A stretch of 64,000 nucleotides of DNA from Botryllus schlosseri (taxonomy: Eukaryota): assembly GCA_051294905.1 (NCBI GenBank), contig CM119373.1, positions 12,028,001 through 12,092,000 of the forward strand, given 5' to 3'. The stretch's first letter is position 1; each line of letters starts with the position of its first letter. The translations under genes and the position numbers were made by a program. Below are positions 12,701-24,700 of this stretch, in pieces. The notes under the pieces are model-generated. The model searched no databases, was not told where the DNA came from, and saw only the letters and a list, made by a program, of their open reading frames with translations.

Positions 12701-15700
12701 GAGGACAATTTTCCAGTCACCTATACAAAGCATAGAAAAAACGACATCTTCACTCACCCTTCTGCCAAGTAACACTCGGCATCGGCCCGCCGACTGCCAC
12801 GCAGGTAATGTTCAAATTCTCCCCTTTCACGACGTCATATTGCTTGTAAGGTGCGATCGAAAATTTGCTCGGAAATACCCGCCCTTCAACACGCAAATGT
12901 GCCGTGTTAACGGAAACAATGCAACATTTTCATTTTGTTATACATCTAGCTAGTGGCCATCAAATATGTCCCAGGTAGGCTATAGTTAGGTAGTACGCAG
13001 CACAATTTTCAAGCACAGCTTGTGAAATTCGAGTTCCTTTGTAGGACAAAGTTACTTTCATTCAAAACATGATAGTCCTACATGTCATGTACTACATACC
13101 ACCATTTTCGGAAGCCACTCCCAAATGAGAACTGTAATCATGATTGATGCCTCGTCCGCGGTAAAAATAAGTAAACAATAGTAAAACCCACAACGGTTCC
13201 CATACAATACCATAATTCCCATAAGGCTGTTGAGAACACAAACAATCATATTCAGATGGACAAAAAATCAAAACATTTTCGCCAACTGGTGTTACGACAC
13301 CGATACTGACTACTCTGCTCAAGAAGCCATTAGCCAGTTGAAACAACACCGAAATACCTCATGAAAAGATTCGATACAACAGGTCCGTATGTACCAGTAA
13401 CACTCCCTGCCACAGCGATATTAAATCATCTTAATTCCATAAATCTTGTTACTTTTGGCAGGTTGTTGGAGTTAAAAGGACTACAATATCATAATAATGT
13501 ATCTCAATAGTTTTATGATACATAAGTTAACATTGTCAGTCAAGTAAGTCCGTCATAACAAGTCAAGAGAACCTATCCTATCCTTTGAGAAATATGCTTT
13601 AACCTGGCCATGATAATATCGGTGAGTGGTATTTTGTTATCAAAAATCGCTCCAAATGTGTTATCCCACAGAATTGAGCATGAGAGCGTATATGGGTGTA
13701 GCCAGAGATGATACGTGGTGGTATGGCTTACCTACATATTAAATCGACATGGTCATGATGATACGATTTTTTGCCTACTTCTGCCGTGTTCATTTTGCAG
13801 GCGTTTTGGAGTCAAGATACCAGGGTTCTGACTGGAGAGTAAGATTCCTGCATTGCTCGTCTCGATTTGGTCTCAAGGCCGTATAATACCAAGGTACAGT
13901 TCTTATGTAAGAAGAAGCTCATCTTGTGATCTTGAGACGCATTTCAAGGATGAAATGCGATTTCACGGACAATGGAATTCACGAATTTGATAGAATCAAT
14001 AGCGTTAAGGAAAATAGGAAGACGCAGAAGCCTCGAAATACTTCGAAGGATGCCAACGCTTTCCTTTTTCGTTAACGACCAAACATACAAAGGAAACCTT
14101 CATTGGTTCGACACGTAAAATGCATATATGTGTGTATGGAAATTCGATAATACCTTTACGTGCTCTACCTGTTGCAGGTTCAAAGTAATAAATGTGCCGA
14201 GAAAAGAAGATTAGAATTAGCATCGTCATTGATCAAGGTGCAATTACGCACTTGATTGAATTAGAATATATAATTTCCACACAAGTCGACGTTATCACAG
14301 GTCGCAGCTAAGAATGGAACTATCCTATTGGATAAGCGAAAAACCAATTGTTGTCTCATAATAGCAGCAAAATAAGGGAGAACGGAATCATTCTTGGGCG
14401 TTTTTCTGTATTTGTCTCTCGTTTGAAACGTGTAAAACGTACAGTGGAAATACCGAGTTGTTTTGTAAATGGGGATAATCCACACTAACGAGAATGTCGG
14501 AATGAAGTAAAAACAATCAATCATTCCCACAGCTGGAATTAAAAATTTATATAACTACTATATAAGCGCGCCTGACCACTTACTTCGTAATATGCATTAC
14601 ATAATTCAGTAATGCATACAGTCAGCCTTAACTGGTGGTAAAAGTTAGACTACGCGTAGATGACTATCGTTATCTAACCAGAGGCAACTTACGCTAAACC
14701 TTTGCTTGTTCAATCCTAGACCACAGATAGTACAGGTAGTACAATACGTAAATATCAAACATACTTTTCACATATAGCATAGCAGGCTTTGAGATGGCGG
14801 TTCCAATGGAGTTCTCCGCCGCACAGTGATACTTCGCCATGTCGCTGTTGCTCGTCTTTCGAATTTGCAAGGTACCTTCAACGGGGGCGAAGATATTTAT
14901 TTCGAAATCGGATCACTGTGCAAGATATCATATTATCCTAATCAGTAGTTTGGCATTTTCCACAACATGCTCTTTCATCCCGGTGGGGGAGCGAGTTGGT
15001 TTCATGGGAAAATTCGTTGGCAATGAACCGCTTCGTTACCTAATCCCCAAAGCGTGACAATGTCTGGCACCATACGAGAAGCAGGCACGGCGCGGGTCTG
15101 CTACAGGAAAAATAATAACCTTTTCCGCGGCAGTATTCACGCATTTCATGGGAACGGAAACATGCTGATTCCGCGATACATGCTATACTATCGGAGACGT
15201 AGAGTTCGGCAGCATTTATCGTACATGCGTGCCACCAACGCGAACGCTTCTAAGTAGACACGTATCTCTATATAGAGATTAAAGACGGTTACACCGGTCA
15301 TCCTGCAGGGGCTGTAGGTATCAAATCTAAAGGATCTTTTTAGTCTTTGCTATGTGATTAATTATATTAGTCTCGTAGTGGTAAAGTTGCGTCTATGAAT
15401 GGATTCATTTAAATTGTTCATACGCAGTGTGTGGAATTAACCTAAGACTAATCCTAAATTCCACCGTTGTTAGGAGTGATTCATCTCGTAGCATCAACAC
15501 TCAACAGTGAGATGATTACGGAAGTTATGTGGTATCTTTGCCATGTGTGGTATCTTTGCCAGGGTTATAATGACTCGAGTCGCGATTTTTTGGTGACTCC
15601 ACTCATGGCCATGCTCGACTTGACTCGAGTCAGAGTCATTTTTGTCAAATTCCTAAAATGACTCGACTTGAGTCAATTTTTGTATTGACTCGACTTGTAC

Positions 15701-18700
15701 TCGAGTCATTGCATGTGCATGACTCCAACCAAGTCATACGACTCGAGACTAGGAAGGCCAAGACAGGCATTTCATTGTAACTTTGAAGAATCGTAATGCT
15801 ATCACTAGGGGCTAGGGCAAGTTTTTGTTGCAGTTAAATCCGTGGAAAGATGCATTTATTTATGACAAAAGTTGCCGTAAAAAGTTGCATTTATTTTTTC
15901 ACAAAAGTTGCACTAAAAGAACACATTTTGCTCGGTTGACTAGAAAAAAAAGGTCAACTTTCCGGCTCAGCTCCCGAAATACCCGTAAGAGCGGTACTTC
16001 AGTGCTGATTTACGGTATTTCAGTCGAATTTGGCCGTGCATTTCACCAAAATCAAAATTACTTTCATGACAAATCGAAAAAGTTGCAAAATGTTGCAAAA
16101 AGTTGCATGAAAAAAATGGACAAAAGCTGCAAAAAGTTGCACTATAAGATTCCTTCAAACAGCTTAAAACAGCATTCTACATATCTTACGAGTTACGAGT
16201 ATTTAGGAAGCTGCCGGAAGCTGTAAAGTTGCACAAGTTGCAAAAACTTGCCCTAGTTATCACATTATTGGTATTTCGTCTATCAGTCCTGATACTTGAA
16301 AAACAGGGCCAGAAACTGTTAGGACTGAGGAAAATTACTATATTACGACTGGGACTGCGAGCCATTCTATATCACTCGAGTAGAGTGGAAAAAAGTGGAT
16401 TCAACTGACAACTGAACAGCGAACAAAATGACTTGACTCGGACTCGAGTCAAAACACTATGACTCGGAATCGACCCTCTACTAGCTGACTTGGACTTGAC
16501 TCGGCGGTGCATTGAAATTGACTCGACTTGACTCGACTTAAAACTATAAAAGTGAGATTGACTTGTGCATGACTCGGAACCTTGTGACTTGGTCACAACC
16601 CTGCCTAGAACTAATGCTAAATTTGTCCACAGTTTGGTGTAATGAGCCTACAGCGTTACTAACAATGTTCCCTCTAATGCCCATAGGTGGTCGGTCACAA
16701 TAGTCATTGTTGGTACTCAGTAACGTTCAATATTTCCACTGTACATGTAGAAGTGGCTGTTTCTAAGCGAGTAAAAAAGTTAGTAGGTACAGTTTACCGT
16801 AACGCCTATGCTTCGTAACTGATTCGCTAATTTTGTCCATAGATTGACAATTATGAAACAAATAAATATCTCCATATCGTGTGATGACTTCATCACGCAT
16901 CTAAAAAGGAACACCGCATAAGTCGATGAAGAAAATCCATGTTGGAATCAAATGGAGGGTGCATGTGGATGTAGGATCAATCTGCCACTCGCGTATTGCA
17001 TGCATTCTCGAAACGCGAAGTAGAGATATGCGCGTGCGCAGTAAAACGGTCTTACCAGTTCCATTTGACGCAACGACCCCGCCGGTATCTACATATGCCA
17101 TAAAATGAGATCGTTAGGCTATAATCGCATAACGCATAAGTGAATTACGGGTATCTGCAAATGATCGGTAAAACAGCTGATATAGCGTTGGCTCGATGTC
17201 ATGGAGGGTAACGACCCGAAAGCCTTAATTGTCGTCATTGAAAATCAAGTTTGAAAATGTGATTAATCATTACAAATTACAATAGTGACTAATCTCATCA
17301 GTTATGCAGGTCACAAATTGTTGGCTATTTTAATACTTGAAAGGGCATGACTTATCCTGGCGCTTAGGGACGGTTTTCGCTTAAAAACAGGATACAAGAC
17401 TATACACAGCAGAGCTAGACTTTGAGAATACCCATTGTGTTGTCAAGGTGAGTGATCAGATTTAACTGCCGTGACGTAGCCCTGCATACGCTATAACAGT
17501 ATACACGCTCTAAAGGGTGTGTTTATTCTGGGCATTGTAGAAGAACAAAATACAGGGACGGTGTGCGCCCATCTAACTTTCTGCTCTTGCTCAAGTCTAT
17601 AAACAAGGGTTTAAGTTACATAATCTTACATGGCCGGGGCACGCATACTCGCGGACTTTGGGTTTCAAGAATCATTCAAGCTTGCTTATACGGGAAATCT
17701 GCTAGATCCGTGATCAGGAGATCGCTAATCCCTCGCTTAAACAAGCTCTCAATGACGTTTAAATTCGAGCCTCGGATCAAGTACGATGCGTACAGGTCTT
17801 TATTGCATTATTATGTTATGATCCAGAAGACATATCTTTGTGATTAAATAGTATGACTTGGAATGTAGAGTATTACAAGACGGTAGTGCTAAAATCAATC
17901 ATAAATTTTCAGCAATGGGCCAATTCACGGACCGAAATTACAACAATATCACAATGATGACACTTCAAACCAGGGTGGTAACATAAGTCACAAGATTCCG
18001 AGTTACAATTCAATTTGACTTTTATATATATTAGGCTCGAGTCAATTCGAGTCATATTAATTCACCACCGAGTCAAATTCGAGACCGAGTCCAAATCACG
18101 GAGCTCAGGGTCGAGTTCGGGTCATAGTGTCTACTGTTCAGTATCGAGTTCAATGCAGGTTCAACCGTCTTATGTGGAACTCCCGGATGATATCGAAGGC
18201 CTCGGATTCACGATATCCGCCATTTACATTATTCTAAACATGCTTATTCGAACAGACAAAAATTCATTTTCAGGACCTATTTTTCAATCATCAATAGTAA
18301 CATAGAATGCGTCGAGTCATGTGACTCGGTAGAGTCATGCGCAATAACTCGAGTACAAGTCGATCCAGCAAAATACTGCCACTAGGAGTCAATACAACCA
18401 TGCTACAGAGTTCAAGCTATGGGAACGTTATTTAACTAAATCCACGAATGGTTGTCATTAGACGCCGTTACAAACCACACAACACAATACTAGTTTTGAT
18501 TTATCATGAACAACACCACATATATCACACATGGGCAGGACAACCGCAAAATGATATTATGTCAGCGATACTTCTTAAGATTTATTGCCGCTGTATCACA
18601 TCATATCGTCGTAATATGTCTAAATAGGTACAACTGATCACACTGAGGTCCACCTCAAAATTTATAGTGTAGAATATTACGGTTGTTGCGGATAGTATCA

Positions 18701-21700
18701 CGCAGACAAGTCGTTAAACACATTTGACTACCACAAAATACCATAATTATTTGCCCGCCCTGAAATTACTGCACGGGAAATTTACGACCCACAATCAGCG
18801 CGACAACGCCGCTATAAATCACAACACAACGCCAGGTAACAAAAATCAACTTGGTTATGTATTGCCCGTTTGCGCGGAGACCAAAAGTCTGGAGCAAACT
18901 GCAGTCGCGCTAAATATGGGCAAGTCGCGCGATAAAAATATTACAGTCCAAGGCGTGGCCATGTTGCAGGTAACATATTGCAGTTACAATCCCCCGACAT
19001 CGACATAAAAGCTATTTGGATTACCGTACTTAACATGTTAGATTTGAATACTTGGGACATCGGTCTATTTAACAAATTTCGGCCATAGCGTGGGGTTTAA
19101 ATCATTCCGCCACGAACCCGTTAAGTTGGTCGAAATGTGCCAAATGTACCGTATCTTATGGGGATATGTCCCGGTATGCAGTGGGTGCCGTGTGGCGTAC
19201 CACCTTTTTGCGCTATCTTGGGGTGCTACAAGAGAACAACCTGCTGCATCATTGTGATATAGCTGCATACAATACGGTGCATTTGGCTCATTTACGCCGA
19301 ATGGAATGGGCAAGAATGCAGAATTTGATGATTTTATTGACACCTAACGGTAGAGTGAAATCGGTATATTACACGATTTTCGTTTAGGACAGATTTATCC
19401 ATACTTTTTTACACAACGCCTCCTGGGCAACGGGTCAAGTAATAAAATCTTGCTACCCCCTTAACACATACCAATTTTTTTGTGTATTGCACACACATTC
19501 CCGTTGGTACTAATGGCCTGTTCATGTTGATCTAATTCATAGGCAGCCACTCACTGAATATCACACTCCAAACTGTCTAAAAAAAAACTTTGGGTCAAAT
19601 TACTCAAATACTATTCAAGGTTCAACGATTTATTCACAGAAGCTTCTAAATTTGTCAGATAACAACCCAACAATTCATGACATATGATCTTTACATACCT
19701 TGCGGTAAAAGCGTGATTCTTTCGTCCGTAATCGTCATCCGCCTGAAATCCTTATACCAAAACATTCTGGGGGCAGGATACCCATGAGCGGCGCACACCA
19801 ACGCCCCATCTTCGCCCAAGGCGATAGTCTTCACGACTGGATGAATCGTGATCACGGGATATCCAGACGGCAAGTCCGATTCTGAAACGGAATCGACACT
19901 TCAAATTTAGACACCGATTTTAACCCACAACGCTTATGCCGCGTTGCGTAAATAGTCGACACAATATCGAATTCCTGTAATCAGACACGGATAAGTACCG
20001 CTTCAATTCGTACAGGACAGAACGAATGCAAATATGCAGATAACGAACGCCAAACGTACTCGAAAATTGAACACACTGCGTATCAAATTACAAATATGAC
20101 AATTGCACCGCTTAGTGTCGCCAATGAGTCGCTTCATTCCCATACATACAATTCATCGACGGACATCTAGCCTAATATACAATACACTTCTACAGTTCCG
20201 ACCGATCCGCACCATGGATATTACGGATATTATCGGTACCCGTAGATCTATTTCTAATTGCACGCTATGAAAATCCAGTAGTTTGTATCAAATCAGGAGT
20301 AGGCGGAATAGCTTTTTACATAGTCTGAAATTCGGAAAAGTCTTGTCCCCTTCGGCACTGCGAGTTGCAGCGAATTTAGAACGAAGGAACGAAAATAATT
20401 GTGTGCACGACCCGTATTTAGCAGCGGGATCTACTCCCGTGAAGATAATACGGCGATAGTAATTATAATTAACGCACTTCGTCAACAGTGTAAACCGACT
20501 CGAGCATCGCAGAATTGGATTTACTACCTTAGTTATAGATCATGAGCTTAGTTTAGAGCTTTAGCAGGTTAGCAATAAATACACCCTGACGGGTATCGCA
20601 CACCACCAGCGTGTTTAGTAAATCAACGGTACAGCCTAATCTTACGCTAGGGTCAGATTCTCACGAGGCCTACGCCTCTGCATGCACCACTAAATTAAAA
20701 TAACCACAAAGCATGTGTTAACGTAATGTAAACAATGATATCCATAGCACAGAATGGAGTGCCCAATCAGCATCAATTAAGCGGTAGTCCGTTGGGAGTA
20801 TAGTGAACGATCTAGTGACGAAGTCATCATTAAGTTCAGAAGACCATAAAAGTAAGCAATCGCCTCAATTTTCGAACGTTGTTTACAGAAAACCCGGCTT
20901 GGTCAAAACAGATTTGCACTACATTTCTACTAAGCAGCCCACAAAGCCGATAGCGCGGGCTTGAGTATCAACAAAAACCTGCGCGATAAATATCGTTCGT
21001 GATAGATTAGCATGGTATGATCGATGGTATGAATTGTGCAGAACCAACGTAATTCGACCGTATATACACGGCGCCTACAAAAATTACGTATAGATCCAAC
21101 TTCATTCGATATATCTTGGTAAGTAACGAGACACAACGCAGCCCAGGGGCGATAAATAAATGGCGTCACAAAACCAGCATTGTTTACGTTTCGCTTAGCA
21201 AAATTACCTAAAGGTTGTGAGCAACCCGACCAGCCAAGCACACGAAAACACACAAACCAGCACCAATTCACATAGTAATGAGGTATTTGAACAATTACCA
21301 CCTAGAGGTGGGTATAGGGTAATGTAGGGCGATAAACGGTGCTTACCATCGATTTATTATTCAAGATGTCAGATTAGATGTCTATGTCTGTACTCTTTAG
21401 ACAAAGTTAAGTTATAAAAAATTGAGGGAAATATACCGTACAAAGATCACACTTTTGATACCAATCTTTAGTAAACTTAGGTATGTACGAAACAAAACTA
21501 TCTATTTGGTGGTAGCAATACTGGTGTGAAAAATATCAACAGCCTGTCGCATGCCGGAACTTGAAACTGACTAAGTAATATCTAACACTAAGAACGGCGT
21601 TTGTGGTTATTCAGTGGAGAAAAGTGTTCCATAATATCCCAGTCATACCACCCTCGACGAGTCTTAACTTTGTACCAATATGATACAATGTCCGATAAAG

Positions 21701-24700
21701 TACCCCGATAACAGGTAATGCTAAACTTTAGTGGGCCATCAACAACGGTTATGCGACGGTTAACAGCTTTATCTGCTGGGTAGTAGGATCGAGTAACTAA
21801 GAATTGGAGAATGACGACACAAAAACCGCCATTGACAGAGGTTAACTCTGATCAATGGTAATATGGCAGTAACCGCCCTTGCGCAAGTTGGATCAGACAT
21901 CACTTGGTAATCGTGCGTGGGTGGTGTGGACCTTGATGAAGTTGAAATTAAAGTGGACTACGTTACTTCAGTTTACGACCTGGAAAATGGGTGAAAATCC
22001 AGTGATTTCTAGCTAATTTATATAACAGCGCAATGTTCATAATAATAATTAAAGAAACTTCGAGGAGGCCTCAGTACTGCCGCGAAAATAACACAGGTGT
22101 CGAATCAATTTCGCCGTGAAATTTATACGAAAACATCCAGGCAAGGCGTGTATGGCAACGAAACCATACCCAAAGACGCGTATGATAAACAAGTGCGCGA
22201 GAGTTATGAAAGTCAAAACTCCGCCACAAACGATTGTCTTCCATATTTACCAAACACGGGAATTATACCTTGACGCCAATATGACTGAACTCAAAATACA
22301 CGAGGAAAACTTAAATATTTGGGTTAAGCTACATCGCCCTTCACGAATGGTACAGCAGTGAGTTTCTTCCAAAGATAGATTCTTATTTTTCAGCTTTTAA
22401 ACAATATTGATAACATCGAAATATCCCAGTGGGATACTAGCAACGGAAACGCAATGAGCCGGTATATTATACTTGAAGTCTGCAAGTGCAGATATGGAAT
22501 CGCAATAAAGAATTGGGGTCAGGTGTAAATGACCATGGTAGTCGGAAAACACCATGAATACCACAAAGAACAACAATACCCGACGTCACGAAGATTTGGA
22601 TGGAATACTTACACCCTAAGCCGACCAAAACATATAAAAATGTAGGTTGATAGAAATGAACAAATGAACAAGTAAATGTGATATGAAATCACTATCGCAG
22701 CAAAAGCAAGCAGAATAACTGGGATAACATGATAACTGAATCGGTCGTTGAAACTGGATCTATCGGTAGTTATAAAGAACGATGCTTCAGCTGCTACGGT
22801 CATTTCTCAGCAGATGTATATATAATAGATTAGTATATTCATATTGAAATGAGCACGAATATTTCTGGCTGACACTCTTCGTAGCTAATCGTCAGCAGCT
22901 AGTAGATAATCGGAACGAACATTGTATATCAACAACCGTATCACCAAATATGACGTCACAAGTAGGAAATTTAGAATCATCATACGGCAACCTAATTGTG
23001 CCAAGCCAACAGGAGTTCGTGTATCATCTAAAAATAATGCATTGAGGTTTATTATAATCTGAATAAACTGTTCAGTTGCATATTGAAGTTCTGTACCCTC
23101 CAAGATGCTCTTAAGATCTATATCTCAATTTACAGTCACCACGAATATGACCAACCACTGCGTATAAATTTGCGCCTAGCGTTAAAGCAATTCTAGATGA
23201 CAGTTTTGCAGTCGTCTAGGGATTTACCCAGCGTTTCGTGTAGGGAAAGCTAACGCTGCGTGATATACGCTCGGCTAGCACATTGAGGTCGATCATATCA
23301 CAGGCATAATTTACACCAGGTACGCAGTACAAGCAACCAGTTCATAAAGTACCGTAGGGACCTAATCCGAAAGCACACTCAACCATAGACCACGTATCCG
23401 GCTCAAACACAGTCCCACCGCAAAATATTTGCGGAGAACGAACGTATATCGCCCCGTGACGTATCTATTTACAAATCAGAATCGCGGCGGACACAATAAC
23501 CTACATTTACAAGCGATGTCCAATTCCTTATATGGTCTTTGTGGGCGAAATGTCTCGTACTGGTTTGTTCGTACATTCTCCCATTGAGAGCCGGCGACTG
23601 GTTTGTCGCGTTCCCAATTCGAATAATACTATAAAAGCGTCGTATTACCGGTGTCCATTATTTCGAATCTTTTGTGCGATGGATGAGTAAGATACGCGAT
23701 TCGGGACTGGACAAAATGCGTGGTCCGTTACATGCGAATAGTGTATCGGTATGTATTGACCTAGTTTAAATCCTGCTAAAATCATAGCTACGAATGCCCT
23801 GTGTACGCTAGAAGAGGACCACCCCTGTGATAAACCGACGAATTGGTGAATCAACTCGTTTAGTATGCTTTCTGGTGTTTTGAGTGGTGTAAAAATCTAT
23901 CTTAACACTAGCAAGCCTAGTATTGACGTGTATCGCCTACCATATCTGGCCGTACATCTGAACCATGCAATTTCGGAATACCCCGAGTTTCACTTATATC
24001 CGATTGGAGCACTCTCGAGTCGAATTCAAATCTGGTCTTAAACAGCGGGGTACTCAGTGTCACAATTACCCAGTCGCGACAGGCATCCCATCACATTCAC
24101 ATAATATGCTGTTGCAATACGTGATGGTAAAGATTTCAGAAAGTATACGCCTTCCAACACTTCGGTGAGGGAAGCCTACCTAGTGCGTATTCGCTATTTA
24201 TACATAGACAACGTACCAATGGTAGTGTGGTATAACCGGGAAAAATTTCCGTCCCAAGATAGGTGAAAATGAACAATCGTTTAGGCCAGCGGTTCTCAAC
24301 CGGGGGTCCGCGAAGTATTTTCAGGGGGTCCGCAAGGCCTTAAAATATTTGATAACCTAATTTGTATTTTTTTATTTCGGAAAATCACGAGGCAGTTTCG
24401 CTTCGTTACTAGTAAAACTCCAGAGCTCAAATCAACAGAATATGGCCATCTTAGATGAAATATCCTACTGTGCAGACTCATTTTGATTGCTAAATGGTCA
24501 ATAGCCTACTGATACAAACATTTTGATAACCTGATTTGTATTTTTTCAAATTCGGAAAATCACGAGATAGCTTCACTTCATTAATAGTAAAACTCCAGAG
24601 CTCACATCAACATATTAGCTATTTGATATGAACTATCCTGCTGTGCAGGCTCATTTTAATTGCTAAATTGTCAATCGCCTACTGATACAAACATTTTGCT

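Noticed and set aside
13100-13131. AG...GTATGT-bounded segment in the meB intron
   Set aside because: 32 nt, frameshifting, with a weak acceptor.
10485-16226. Longer track ORFs 10485..10853 and 15825..16226 (also 58..303, 18015..18305, 38002..38298)
   Set aside because: They lie within MITEs and reflect repetitive subterminal motifs.
20768-20832. C/D-box snoRNA-like (ATGATGA...CTGA on the minus strand)
   Set aside because: No terminal stem; only loose similarity to a 28S rRNA target.
22609-22803. Hydrophobic minus-strand ORF ending at a GTAAGT donor, as an alternative signal/TM exon
   Set aside because: The donor is phase 2 in that frame, incompatible with phase-1 exon 4; the phase-1 frame has no start codon.
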